Part shown: one piece after another, positions 21,767 through 31,156 of the stretch
Numbering within the stretch: position 1 is the first letter of the stretch
Layout: each line of letters starts with the position of its first letter
NCBI GenBank assembly: GCA_009837355.1
Contig: VXTR01000075.1
Location: 91,222-155,221 of the forward strand
Length of the DNA: 64,000 nucleotides
DNA from: Chloroflexota bacterium
Lineage (GTDB): Bacteria > Chloroflexota > Dehalococcoidia > Lucifugimonadales > UBA3495
Direction: 5' to 3'
Made by a program: the position numbers and the translations under genes
The notes under the pieces: generated by a model
Database searches by the model: none
The model's input: only the letters and a program-made list of their open reading frames with translations
Told to the model about the DNA's origin: nothing

Positions 21767-22456
21767 TCAGCCTTGCTCCCCGGTCGGTGGTATATGAACC
21801 ACTCGGTTGACGTAGATACCGGGGGTGATGACCAACTCCGGGCCGATGGCTCCGGGTTCGCCTACGGTGTCGGCCTGGGTAATGGTGATGCGGGCGGCGG
21901 TGGCCATCACGGCGTTCCAGCCGCGCTGGGCGCCTTGATAGGCCAAGTTGCCCAGGGTATCGGCGGAGGCGGCGCGCACCAGGGCGAAATCGGCGCGCAA
22001 GGGCGATTCCAGGATGCACTCCACGCCGTTGATGGTGCGGGTCTCCCTGCCGTCAGCAAAGCGCGTGCCCAATCCCACCGGAACGAAGACACCGCCGATG
22101 CCGGCGCCGGCGGCGCGCAGGCGTTCGGCCAGGGTGCCCTGGGGGACGGACTCTATTGCAACACCGGCAGAATTCCAAACTTCCCGGAGGTTGTCGCCGC
22201 TTGCGCTGGGATAAGGATTAGGCGAGATGATGCGGGCGATGCGGCCATCAGCGGCCAGTTTGACGATTGAATCGCTGCCATCCCAACCGGAGAAGTCGCA
22301 GACGATGGTGAGGCCGGCCGCGCCGTGTGAGTGCAGAGCGGCCAGCAGTGCCGTCGGTTCGCCAGTGCGGGATACGCCGCCGATGAGGACGGTTGCGCCG
22401 TTGTGAACGTCGGCAACGGCCGCGGCGGCGGTGTCGTATAATTTGGTGAACGTCAT
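21767..22456 (-). CDS. Class I CoA-transferase, subunit A
   Basis: 229 aa. Contains NGATVLIGGVSRTGEPTALL...VPQGTLAERLRAAGAGIGGVF...NLAYQG. The stop is 3 nt before the start of the fused gene. Confidence 0.85.
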   Translation of the reverse strand: MTFTKLYDTAAAAVADVHNGATVLIGGVSRTGEPTALLAALHSHGAAGLTIVCDFSGWDGSDSIVKLAADGRIARIISPNPYPSASGDNLREVWNSAGVAIESVPQGTLAERLRAAGAGIGGVFVPVGLGTRFADGRETRTINGVECILESPLRADFALVRAASADTLGNLAYQGAQRGWNAVMATAARITITQADTVGEPGAIGPELVITPGIYVNRVVHIPPTGEQG

Positions 22457-22495
22457 GGCGGTGTCCGTGAGCGGACGCTATTCTAACGCAAATGG

Positions 22496-23296
22496 GTGGT
22501 TATGGCATCGGTTATGCGCTATCGCAAAATCAGCTGCACGCTCACCGAATACTCGGCTGCAATCCGGCTGCCCGAACCCTCCAACGGCTGCTCCATCGAC
22601 GAGGACACCGCCGCCGAGTTGCGCGATTGCTGCCGGGAGTTGCAGCTACGCGACGAGCTGCGAGTGGTAACCGTTGCGGGCAGCGGCAACGTATTTGCGG
22701 TGGGGCGCTTGCGTGCGCCGGCAGAGGTCGCATCGGCTCCGATGCCGGAGCGCCTGCGCTGGCAAGTAGAGATGGCCGTCGCCGGCGCGCTGGCCGCGCT
22801 GCCAATGCCGACGGTAGCCGTTCTCAACGGCGACGCTATCGCCCATGGCCTGGAGCTGGCACTGGCCGCCGACTTGCGGGTTGCGTCGGACACAGCGCAC
22901 CTGGGCGTAGGCAACATGGCGGAGTGCGGCTTTCCCTATGACGGGGCGACCCAAAGGCTGCTCAGGTTGGTCGGTACGGGGTTAGCCCGTGATATGCTGT
23001 TCACCGGACGGACACTCACCGCTCAGGAGGCGTTGAATGCCGGGCTGGTTAGTCGAATTGCGCCGGCAGCACAGTTAGACGATGTCGCTGCCGGACTCAC
23101 GGCTGAAATCGCCGCCGCCGCGCCCATCGCCGGCCGTTACGTCAAGGAGGCGGTAGTAAATTCAATGGACCTCACTTTGAGCCAGGGGCTGCGACTGGAA
23201 GCGGACCTCAGCGTCATTTTGCAAAGCACCGAAGACCGGGCTGAGGGTCTGCGCTCTTTCGAGGAAAAGCGCGCGCCCAGATTCGGCGGTCGGTAG
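22496..23296 (+). CDS. Crotonase-fold protein, divergent enoyl-CoA hydratase/isomerase family
   Basis: Contains LNGDAIAHGLELALAADLRVAS...GATQRLLRLVG...AEGLRSFEEKRAPRF. The usual FCAGADL oxyanion motif is replaced by VFAVGRL. Confidence 0.75.
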   Translation: MVMASVMRYRKISCTLTEYSAAIRLPEPSNGCSIDEDTAAELRDCCRELQLRDELRVVTVAGSGNVFAVGRLRAPAEVASAPMPERLRWQVEMAVAGALAALPMPTVAVLNGDAIAHGLELALAADLRVASDTAHLGVGNMAECGFPYDGATQRLLRLVGTGLARDMLFTGRTLTAQEALNAGLVSRIAPAAQLDDVAAGLTAEIAAAAPIAGRYVKEAVVNSMDLTLSQGLRLEADLSVILQSTEDRAEGLRSFEEKRAPRFGGR

Positions 23297-23308
23297 TGGG
23301 AGGTTGGC

Positions 23309-23851
23309 ATGACGGTGCGCCTTGACCTGCATACCCACGTGGGAGAGATGTTCGGGTTCCAGCCGCCGACGCCTGAGATGGCCGAAACGGTCATTGCCCA
23401 AATCAAGGGCGCGGGTTTGGACGGGATAGCCGTCACCGACCACTGCCGGAGGGATTGGGGCCTGGCGCTGCATCGAGTGGTTGAGGAGCATTTCCCCGGC
23501 CAGGTTCTCATTATCCCCGGACAGGAAATCGACGTGCGTCCGGTCAGCAGCCCCTTTGACGGATACCACTGCGTCGAATTGTACCTGCCCGGCGGGCGGC
23601 TGTTCCGCAACTACTGCCATCCGGGTTACTACACGCCGAACATCGTGATTGAGGACGGGGTGCACGGTATTGAGGTTGCCAACCATCACCACGACTGGCA
23701 CATCCGGCGGGCGCAAGTGGAGCGGGTTGCCGAAGAATATGACCTGCTGACGTTCTCGGTCAGCGACGCCAATGCACTGGGCGAAATCGGAGCCGGCAGC
23801 ACCGAGGTTGACCTGGACGAGATGCTGCGCCGGGCGATAGCGCTGGACTGA
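23309..23851 (+). CDS. PHP-domain metal-dependent phosphoesterase (tentative)
   Basis: Contains MTVRLDLHTHVGE...GLDGIAVTDHC...HGIEVANHHH (His/Asp metal-ligand pattern of PHP domains). Its stop overlaps the next start (TGATG). Confidence 0.55.
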   Translation: MTVRLDLHTHVGEMFGFQPPTPEMAETVIAQIKGAGLDGIAVTDHCRRDWGLALHRVVEEHFPGQVLIIPGQEIDVRPVSSPFDGYHCVELYLPGGRLFRNYCHPGYYTPNIVIEDGVHGIEVANHHHDWHIRRAQVERVAEEYDLLTFSVSDANALGEIGAGSTEVDLDEMLRRAIALD

Positions 23852-24594
23852 TGACTGACTCGTTTGCCACTGTGATTTACGAGAAGCAGGGCGGCGTGGC
23901 TCATCTTTCGCTGAACCGGCCGGCACAACTCAACGCGTATTCGGTGGCGATGCGGGATGATTTTGCCGAGATGCTGGACGCCGTCGCTGACGATTCGGAA
24001 GTGCGTTCGGCGCTAATTACAGGCCAGGGGCGGGCGTTCTGCGCCGGAGCCGACCTCACGGAGTTTGGCACGGCGCCGTCTCAGGCGATTGCCCGGAGCG
24101 TGCGCTGGCAGCGGGACGTCTGGGGGCAGCTCATCGGGTTGGACAAGCCCATTGTAGCGGCGGTGCATGGGTACTGCATCGGCTCCGGCGTGGAGATCGC
24201 GCTGCTGGCCGACGTGCGGATTGCAGCGGCGGACACGGTGTTTGCGATGCCGGAGCTGCAGCTGGGTATGATTCCCGCCGCCGGAGGGTCGCAGACCCTG
24301 CCGGCCAACGCGGGGCCGTCGGTGGCTCTGGACCTGCTGCTTACCGGCCGGCGTTTCGACGCCGACCATGCCCTGCGATGCGGTCTGATCAGCCGAGTAG
24401 TCGCGCCAGATGAACTGTTTCAAGCAGGGTGGGACATTGCGCATCGGTTGGCTGCGCTGCCGCCCGCCGTTGCCGCCGCAACCCGGAGGGCGCTTCGGGA
24501 GGGGCCGGAGCTCCCAACAGCGGACGCCCTGCGCCTGGAGCAGAGGCTGGCGGCAACGCTGATGGATTACGTACACGCACCGGAGACAGGATGA
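23851..24594 (+). CDS. Enoyl-CoA hydratase/isomerase
   Basis: Canonical motifs: GQGRAFCAGADLTEF...AAVHGYCIGSGVEIALLADVRIAA...MPELQLGMIPAAGGSQ. Confidence 0.9.
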   Translation: MTDSFATVIYEKQGGVAHLSLNRPAQLNAYSVAMRDDFAEMLDAVADDSEVRSALITGQGRAFCAGADLTEFGTAPSQAIARSVRWQRDVWGQLIGLDKPIVAAVHGYCIGSGVEIALLADVRIAAADTVFAMPELQLGMIPAAGGSQTLPANAGPSVALDLLLTGRRFDADHALRCGLISRVVAPDELFQAGWDIAHRLAALPPAVAAATRRALREGPELPTADALRLEQRLAATLMDYVHAPETG

Positions 24595-26159
24595 ACACCA
24601 CCGAGTTTCTAATGTTGGCAGCGGCGATTGTGCCGGAACGGTCGGCGGTTGTTTTTGACGGCCGGGAGTACAGCTTCGAGCTGCTGCAAGAGCGAGTCAA
24701 CCGGCTGGCCAACGCGATGTCCGGCCTGGGCATTGGGGCCGGCGACCGAGTGGCGGCGATGCAGACCAACTGCAACCAGTTGCTGGAAATCTACTTTGCG
24801 GCGGCGCAACTGGACGCCATCTACGTGCCCATCAACTTCCGGGCGAAGGAGGACGAACTGGCGACGATGGTGGGCATCGTGGAACCGAGCCTGCTGTTCC
24901 TAGGGGAACGCTACCTGCCGCTGGCGCCGGCGGACGGCTCCCTGGCCAACGAGAGGATCGTGATGCTGGACGCAGCGGCCGGCGACGGACGGCATAACTA
25001 TGACGAGCTGCTGGCCGGGGGCGACCCGGAGCAGATGCACTTCCCGGAGGATGACGAGGATGCCACCACGGTGATTATGTTCACTTCCGGCACGACCAGC
25101 ATCCCCAAGGGCGTTCAGCTGACCCACGACAGCTTCAGCACGTTTTTGCTGACCAACGTTACGCCGGCCGACCCCGACGTGGCGGAAACCAATCTGCTGA
25201 CAGTGCCGATGTATCACGTGGCCGGTCTGCAGGCGGCGCTGGCGGCGGTGTTCGGCGGGCGGACGCTGGTAGTGATGCCGCAGTTCGACCCGGAGGAATG
25301 GATGGCGCTGGCCGTGGGGCGTCGGGTCAACCGGGCGATGCTGGTGCCGACGATGCTAAAACGGGTGATGGACCACCCGCGCTTTGGGGAGTATGACCTG
25401 TCATCGCTGGACGTGATTACCTACGGGGCCGCTCCCATGCCGCTGCCGGTGATACGGGACGCCATCGCCAGGTTTCCGGGTACGCGGTTTATCAATGCTT
25501 TCGGGCAGACGGAAACTGCGTCAACCATCACCATGCTGCCGCCGGACGACCACGTGCTGGACGGGTCCCCTGAAGAGGTGGAGACCAAGCTCCGCCGTCT
25601 GACGTCCATCGGCAAGCCGCTGGACGACGTTGAGGTGATGATAGTGTCCGAGGAGGGGGAGCCAATGCCGGACGGTGAAGTAGGAGAGATTGTGGCGCGG
25701 GGGCCGCGTATGATGACGGGGTATTGGCAGCAGGACGATGCAACTGGCGACACCATCCGCTCCGGCTGGCTTTATACCGGCGACCTAGCCTGGCAGGACG
25801 AGGACGGCTACATCTACCTGGCCGGCCGCGCTCGCGATTTCATCAAGCGGGGCGGCGAGATGATTTCTCCGGAGGAGGTGGAGCAGACGCTGGCGGAGCA
25901 CGCAGCAGTTGCGGAGGCGGCCGTCATTGGCGTGTCAGATTTGGAATGGGGCGAAGAAGTGCGGGCCGTGGTGGTGCCTGCGAACGCAACCGTGAGCGAG
26001 TCGGAACTGATTGATTTCTGCCGGGAACGGTTGGCCGGGTTCAAGCGGCCCCGGTCGGTGGTCTTTGTGGACGAGCTGCCGCGCAACGTGATGGGCAAAG
26101 TAATGAAACGGGACCTGAGGGAAGAATTCGGGTATCCCATAGACAACCCCGAGGAATAG
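24591..26159 (+). CDS. AMP-forming acyl-CoA synthetase/ligase
   Basis: ORF 24429..26159; start at ATG 24591 (ATGA overlap with the previous stop). Contains MFTSGTTSIPKGVQLTH, YGQTE-like FGQTET, TGDLAWQDEDGYIYLAGRARDFIKRGGEMISPEEVE. Confidence 0.9.
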   Translation: MNTTEFLMLAAAIVPERSAVVFDGREYSFELLQERVNRLANAMSGLGIGAGDRVAAMQTNCNQLLEIYFAAAQLDAIYVPINFRAKEDELATMVGIVEPSLLFLGERYLPLAPADGSLANERIVMLDAAAGDGRHNYDELLAGGDPEQMHFPEDDEDATTVIMFTSGTTSIPKGVQLTHDSFSTFLLTNVTPADPDVAETNLLTVPMYHVAGLQAALAAVFGGRTLVVMPQFDPEEWMALAVGRRVNRAMLVPTMLKRVMDHPRFGEYDLSSLDVITYGAAPMPLPVIRDAIARFPGTRFINAFGQTETASTITMLPPDDHVLDGSPEEVETKLRRLTSIGKPLDDVEVMIVSEEGEPMPDGEVGEIVARGPRMMTGYWQQDDATGDTIRSGWLYTGDLAWQDEDGYIYLAGRARDFIKRGGEMISPEEVEQTLAEHAAVAEAAVIGVSDLEWGEEVRAVVVPANATVSESELIDFCRERLAGFKRPRSVVFVDELPRNVMGKVMKRDLREEFGYPIDNPEE

Positions 26160-26163
26160 CGCT

Positions 26164-27099
26164 ATGGACATTGCGGTTATGGGCGCCGGAGGCGTCGGCG
26201 GTTACTTTGGCGGGCTGCTGGCGCGGGCCGGCCACAACGTTACCTTCATTGCGCGGGGGGCGCATCTGGAGGCCATTCGGCGCGACGGGCTGCGGGTAAT
26301 CAGCGGGAACGACGGGGATTTTACCGTGGCCGGCAACGCTACCGACGACCCTGCCTTAGCCGGGCCGCAGGAACTGGTCCTGTTCACCGTCAAGATGTAC
26401 CACAACGACGACGCGATTCACGCCATTGCGCCGCTGGTGGGGCCGGACAGCATCATCCTGACGCTGCAAAACGGGATTGACAACGGAGACCGTCTGGCCG
26501 AAGTGTACGACCCGGAGCGGGTGATGATTGGCTCGGCGTACCTGGAAGGGCGCATCAGCGAGCCGGGGGTGGTTACCCAGGGCGGGCCGGGCGCGGCGTC
26601 CTTTGGAGAGCGGACGCCGGGTATCACGGAGCGGGGGCAGCGGCTGCTCGAGGTGTTTCAGACTGCAAACTGGCGGGTGGAGTTGCTGGAAAACATGACC
26701 GGTATGCTGTGGAAGAAGTTTGCGTACCTGTCCGGCTCGGCAGGGGTCTGCGCGGCCAGCGGGTGTATGTACGGCGAGTTGCGGAGCATCCCGGAAACAC
26801 GCGCGGCGATTCAGGCGGCAATTGCCGAGGCCCTGGCAGTGGGTGAAGCATCCGGCGCGCCGTTGGAACCGGACTCGCTGGAGTGGTCGATGAACGCGCT
26901 GGACAACTTCCCGGCCACCGGGATGGCGTCGCTGGCCAAGGACTTCGCGGAAGGCCGGCCGGTGGAGCTGGAAGGTTTAACTGGGACAGTGATTCGGATG
27001 GGCCGGGAGTACGGCGTGGCGACGCCGGTGAACGACGCGCTGTACGCGGTGCTGAAGCCGAGGGCCAACCGTATTGAAGCGGGTTACGATTCCGGGTAA
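26164..27099 (+). CDS. 2-dehydropantoate 2-reductase family (PanE/ApbA-like)
   Basis: Contains MDIAVMGAGGVGGYFGGLLARAGHNVTFIARG...LTLQNG...KDFAEGRPVELE. Confidence 0.8.
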   Translation: MDIAVMGAGGVGGYFGGLLARAGHNVTFIARGAHLEAIRRDGLRVISGNDGDFTVAGNATDDPALAGPQELVLFTVKMYHNDDAIHAIAPLVGPDSIILTLQNGIDNGDRLAEVYDPERVMIGSAYLEGRISEPGVVTQGGPGAASFGERTPGITERGQRLLEVFQTANWRVELLENMTGMLWKKFAYLSGSAGVCAASGCMYGELRSIPETRAAIQAAIAEALAVGEASGAPLEPDSLEWSMNALDNFPATGMASLAKDFAEGRPVELEGLTGTVIRMGREYGVATPVNDALYAVLKPRANRIEAGYDSG

Positions 27100-27449
27100 G
27101 TAAGCCTGAGCAGGACGTGGCGGCGGTTTTTGGTGTAGGGGCGGACCTGTTCAGGCCAGCGGCCGGCGTCCACGGCCTCGGCCCATTCCGGGCTGGTCAG
27201 CACTTCCGGGCTTTCCAGCTGATAGACGGCGTGGTGCTTGGGCGTGCCCGGGATTTCGATTTCCTGGACCTGGCCGCCCATGGCCATGACCAGACGCTGG
27301 GTTTCGTAGCGGGTTACGCCGATGACGCCGGGTGTCTGATTGAGCATAGGGCAATGCTCGGTGTTGTACACGTCGTTGAACAAGGCTTCGCGATCGGGGT
27401 CAACGTCCATGCTAGCGATGAAGAGGTATTTGGACTTGAGGTCGGACAT
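27084..27449 (-). CDS. EthD/DUF4286-like dimeric alpha-beta-barrel protein (tentative)
   Basis: 121 aa. DREALFNDVYNTEHCPMLNQTPGVIGVTRYE matches the FN-x-WY-x-EH-x-P...PG...RY pattern of this fold family. Confidence 0.45.
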   Translation of the reverse strand: MSDLKSKYLFIASMDVDPDREALFNDVYNTEHCPMLNQTPGVIGVTRYETQRLVMAMGGQVQEIEIPGTPKHHAVYQLESPEVLTSPEWAEAVDAGRWPEQVRPYTKNRRHVLLRLTYPES

Positions 27450-27464
27450 TTAGGGCCTCCGGGT

Positions 27465-27489
27465 GGATTCCGGCTTTCGTCGGAATGAC
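27465..27489. repeat. Short palindromic intergenic element GGATTCCGGCTTTCGTCGGAATGAC
   Basis: Inverted core ATTCCG/CGGAAT. A second, slightly diverged copy lies at 51899-51923. When translated it gives the spurious ...SGFRRND... start of ORF 27463. Confidence 0.75.
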
Positions 27490-27501
27490 AGTGCAAGTGG
27501 C

Positions 27502-28188
27502 CTAGTGGGATTGGTGGAGCATCTGGGCGGCTGCAGCCCAATCGGAGCGAGCGGATGTCATGTCGTCCAAGCTGGCGTAGGCTTTGCCTCGGGCGACGTA
27601 GGCTTCGGTGTAACGATTGTGGAAGGTAATGGCGGCGGTGAAGTCGGCGACGGCGGCGTGGTTGTGTCCGGCATCGCGGAGAGCCAAACCACGACGGTAG
27701 TGGGTCTCGGCGTCCTCCGGAGACAGTTGCAACGCGTGCGTCAAATCCTTAGCGGCGGCGTCCAGATTCCCGAGGCGGTAATGGGCATGGCCGCGGATGC
27801 GCCAGGCGTCGGCAAAGTTGGCGCCCAGAGCTATGGCGCGACTGCAATCGGCTTCGCAGCCTGCCCAGAGTTGCAGTTCTTGGCGAACCAGAGCGCGCTG
27901 CAACCATGCTTGTGGGTTGCCGGCGTCCAGACGCACCGCGGTATCCAGGTCGTCAATCGCGCCCTGCCAGCGGCCCAAGCTGACCAAGGCTCGCGCCCGG
28001 CAAGTTCGCACCGCAGGGTCATACGGGTTAGTCAGCACGGCCACGTCCAAATCTGCCAGAGCGTCGGCCGGTCGGCTGAGGCCCAGCAGCGCCCGCGCCC
28101 GCGCCAAACGAGGCGCAGCCGAGAGGTCACCGGCGTTGATAACCGCGTCGGCTGCGTCGATGGCGCGATGGAAATCGGCGGTGGTCAT
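27502..28188 (-). CDS. TPR-repeat protein
   Basis: 228 aa of repeated 34-aa A/L/Y/G patterns (e.g. AWRIRGHAHYRLGNLDAAAKDLTHALQLSPEDAE). The start is 5 nt after the ThDP enzyme stop. Confidence 0.8.
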   Translation of the reverse strand: MTTADFHRAIDAADAVINAGDLSAAPRLARARALLGLSRPADALADLDVAVLTNPYDPAVRTCRARALVSLGRWQGAIDDLDTAVRLDAGNPQAWLQRALVRQELQLWAGCEADCSRAIALGANFADAWRIRGHAHYRLGNLDAAAKDLTHALQLSPEDAETHYRRGLALRDAGHNHAAVADFTAAITFHNRYTEAYVARGKAYASLDDMTSARSDWAAAAQMLHQSH

Positions 28189-28193
28189 TTGGA

Positions 28194-29840
28194 TCAGAAG
28201 GCGCGCTTGTGGGAGTAGTCGATCTCCTCGTTGGTGATGAACTCAAGCAGGACGGCGTTGCCGTTTTCGTTCTGCTGGCGGGCGCGTTGGAAGGCGGGGA
28301 TGATTTCGTTGGGGTCGGTGATGCGCTCGGCGTAGCCGCCCATGGCGCGGCCCATGTCGGCGTAGTTGCCGCCCATGGCGCGGGTGTTGTAGAGGTCGTG
28401 GGACCGCTGCATCGCGCCGGTTTCAACGGCCATGGTGGAGTTGTTGAGCACGACGGTGGTGATGGGCGCGTTGCTGCGCACGGCGGTCTCAAAGTCCAGG
28501 CCCACCATGCCAAATGCGGCGTCGCCCATGAAGTTGACGCACATCTTGTCCGGCGCGGCCAGCTTGGCGCCGATGACCAGGCCCAGGCCGGTGCCGAGGC
28601 CGTGAGATTTTCCCCAGCCCAGGTAGCTCCGGGGGCCGCCGGCGCGGTAGAAGGGCGTAATCTGGTCGCGGGGGCTGCCGGAGTCGTGGGTGATGATGGC
28701 CTCGTCGGAGGGCACGGCCTGCTGGAAATCGGTGATGACGCGATAGGGGTTGACCAGCGGGCCGGCGTCGGTGGTTTTGTGCTGCCATTCGGCAAGCCAG
28801 GCGTTGCGAACGGAGGCGATTTCGCCGGCAACTGCGGCGTTGTCCCGGCCGGCGTTGCCGATAATTTCACGGCAGGCTTCAATCATTTGGCGCAGGGCCA
28901 ACTTGGCGTCGCCGATGATGGGGAACTGGACGTCGTAGTCCTTGTTCAGGTCGCGAGGGTCGTTGGTGTTCTGGATCAGGGTGCGGCCGGCGGGCAGGTT
29001 CATGGACATGCCGTGCTTGGTGAAGCTGGAACCGACGCCGAAGATGACGTCGGCGCGGCGTACGAAGTGGTACACCGTGCCGGACATCACGCCGGAACCG
29101 CTGCCCAAGGCCAGCGGGTGATGCTCCGGGAATCCGCTTTTCCCCAGCAGGGTAGTCATCACCGGGGCGGAGAGCAGCTCGGCCAGCTCCACCAGTTCGG
29201 CGGTAGCCTCGGCGTACATGACGCCCTGGCCGGCGTGAATGACCGGGTAGGTGGCGGAGCAGAGCGCGCGGGCGGCAGCTTCAACGTCATTGGGGTCGGC
29301 CTGCGACGCCGAGCGGCGCACGTTGCCGCCCCAGTAGAACGCCTCTTCCGATACTTCTTCCAGGGCAACGTCCGCGGGAATCTCAATCATCGACGGGCCG
29401 GGGCGGCCGGTGTACAGGGCATTGACGGCGCGGCGCATCACCTGGCTGGTGCTGCCGGACAGGTTCAACCGCTCCAGGTGCTTGGTGACGCTGGCGAAGC
29501 TCTCAATGGAGTCAAACATTGGGAAGACGCCCTGCCGTTCCCGGGGATGTCCCAGCGGCAGCAGGAGGATGGGCACGGAGTCAGAGAAGGAAGTGGCCAC
29601 GCCGGAGTAGGCGTTTTCGGCGCCGGGACCGTACTGCATGGCGAAGACGCCGGGGGGCCGGCCGTTGGTGACGCGGCTGTAGCCATCGGCGATGCCGACG
29701 CCGACGCGCTCCTGGCGGCAGATGACGGGACGGATACCGGCGGCGGCACAGGCTTCGATGACCGGCGTAGTGGGGAAGCAGGAAAGGTACTGGACACCTT
29801 CACGCTTCAGGATTTCGGCGATTGCGTCAATGGTTTGCAC
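28194..29840 (-). CDS. Thiamine-diphosphate-dependent enzyme (acetolactate synthase/benzoylformate decarboxylase superfamily); substrate unknown
   Basis: 548 aa with the three-domain ThDP layout. The N-terminal Pyr domain reads GVQYLSCFPTTPVIE...YGPGAENAY. The C-terminal region has GDAAFGM...NN, the ThDP-binding motif. Confidence 0.85.
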   Translation of the reverse strand: MQTIDAIAEILKREGVQYLSCFPTTPVIEACAAAGIRPVICRQERVGVGIADGYSRVTNGRPPGVFAMQYGPGAENAYSGVATSFSDSVPILLLPLGHPRERQGVFPMFDSIESFASVTKHLERLNLSGSTSQVMRRAVNALYTGRPGPSMIEIPADVALEEVSEEAFYWGGNVRRSASQADPNDVEAAARALCSATYPVIHAGQGVMYAEATAELVELAELLSAPVMTTLLGKSGFPEHHPLALGSGSGVMSGTVYHFVRRADVIFGVGSSFTKHGMSMNLPAGRTLIQNTNDPRDLNKDYDVQFPIIGDAKLALRQMIEACREIIGNAGRDNAAVAGEIASVRNAWLAEWQHKTTDAGPLVNPYRVITDFQQAVPSDEAIITHDSGSPRDQITPFYRAGGPRSYLGWGKSHGLGTGLGLVIGAKLAAPDKMCVNFMGDAAFGMVGLDFETAVRSNAPITTVVLNNSTMAVETGAMQRSHDLYNTRAMGGNYADMGRAMGGYAERITDPNEIIPAFQRARQQNENGNAVLLEFITNEEIDYSHKRAF

Positions 29841-29899
29841 GGTGTTACCTCGGTTGGGGAGTTGGATGGCGCAAGTATAGCATTCGCCAGAGGTGGCGA

Positions 29900-29928
29900 T
29901 TGTGCCTATTTTGTAAAGGGGCTAGAAT
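29900..29928 (+). promoter_or_regulatory. Promoter candidate for the CaiB-type operon
   Basis: TTGTGC (29900-29905), a 17-nt spacer, then TAGAAT (29923-29928). It ends about 30 nt before the TTG start at 29959. Confidence 0.4.
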
Positions 29929-29958
29929 GGGCTGCCGAAACCATCAGGGAGACTGATA

Positions 29959-31155
29959 TTGAGCAGCGGAGCTTTGGCCGGCGTTAAGGTGATTGACCTG
30001 ACGCACCACATTGCCGGCCCATACGCGACCAAATTGTTGGCCGATTTCGGGGCTGACGTGCTGAAAATAGAACGGCCCGGCGGCGACCCGGCCCGCCGTC
30101 TGCCGCCATTCCATCGTGACGAGCCCCACCAAGAAAAGAGCCTGCCGTTCCTGTATCTCAACACCAACAAGCGCAGCCTGACGCTCAACCTGAAGTCGGA
30201 GCAGGGGCGGGCAATCCTGTTGGAACTCCTGGCGGACGCCGACGCCCTGGTGGAGAACTTCGCGCCGTCCGTGATGCCGTCGCTGGGGCTGGACTACGAT
30301 ACACTGCGGGATCACAACCCGCGACTGGTGGTGGCGTCAGTGTCCAACTTCGGCCAGACGGGACCGTGGCGGGACTACCGGGCTACGGAGATTGTGGAGT
30401 ACGCGCTGGGCGGGCTGATGTACATTTTCGGCGCCTACGACCGGGAACCGCTCAAGCATGCCCTGAGTCAGGCGCAGTTCAAGGCCGGCACCAACCTTGC
30501 CTCGGCAACGCTGATGGCGCTTTACCACCAACGATTGACCGGGCAGGGCCAGCGGGTGGACGTGTCCATCCAGGAAAGCATCGCCTCGGCGCTGCGGGAC
30601 GTTACCAACAACTACACCTACACCGGCGCGGTGCGACGCCGTCAGCCCAACCACACGGGCGACCTGACGCGGCTGCGGGCCGTGTCGGACGGTTACGTGC
30701 TGCCCAACCCCGGCCTGGGCGCGTCGGTGGACTGGCAAATTCTGGTGGACTTTCTGGATGCGCCGGAGCTGGACGACCCGCGCTTTGACAACGCGTCGGC
30801 GCGTCTGGAAAACGCCGAAGCCCTGGGCGAGATTCTGGACCGGATATTTGCCGCCAAGCAGAAGCAGGACATTTTCTACGCCGCGCACGAAAAGCGTTTC
30901 ATCTACGGGGTGATTGACTCGCCGGAGGAGACGGTGGACAACCCACAGATACGAGCGCGGGAGTACTACGTGCCGGTGGAGCATCCGGAGTTGGGTGAGA
31001 TCAATTTTCCGGGCGCGCCGTTCCTGATGAGCGGGTCGCCGTGGCGCGTTGAATCAACGGCGCCGGGGCTGGGGCAGCACAACGGCGACGTGCTGGGCAG
31101 GCTGGGCTACGACGCAACGCAGCTGGCGTACCTCACCACGGCGGAGGTTATCTGA
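29959..31155 (+). CDS. Class III CoA-transferase (CaiB/BaiF family)
   Basis: LAGVKVIDLTHHIAGPYATKLLADFGADVLKIERPGGDPAR is the family N-terminal signature. Confidence 0.9.
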   Translation: MSSGALAGVKVIDLTHHIAGPYATKLLADFGADVLKIERPGGDPARRLPPFHRDEPHQEKSLPFLYLNTNKRSLTLNLKSEQGRAILLELLADADALVENFAPSVMPSLGLDYDTLRDHNPRLVVASVSNFGQTGPWRDYRATEIVEYALGGLMYIFGAYDREPLKHALSQAQFKAGTNLASATLMALYHQRLTGQGQRVDVSIQESIASALRDVTNNYTYTGAVRRRQPNHTGDLTRLRAVSDGYVLPNPGLGASVDWQILVDFLDAPELDDPRFDNASARLENAEALGEILDRIFAAKQKQDIFYAAHEKRFIYGVIDSPEETVDNPQIRAREYYVPVEHPELGEINFPGAPFLMSGSPWRVESTAPGLGQHNGDVLGRLGYDATQLAYLTTAEVI

Positions 31156-31156
31156 C

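Noticed and set aside
28209-29987. 592-aa plus-strand ORF
   Set aside because: It is antisense to the well-supported ThDP enzyme gene (28194..29840) and shows the same G/A/V/D-rich shadow-ORF composition.
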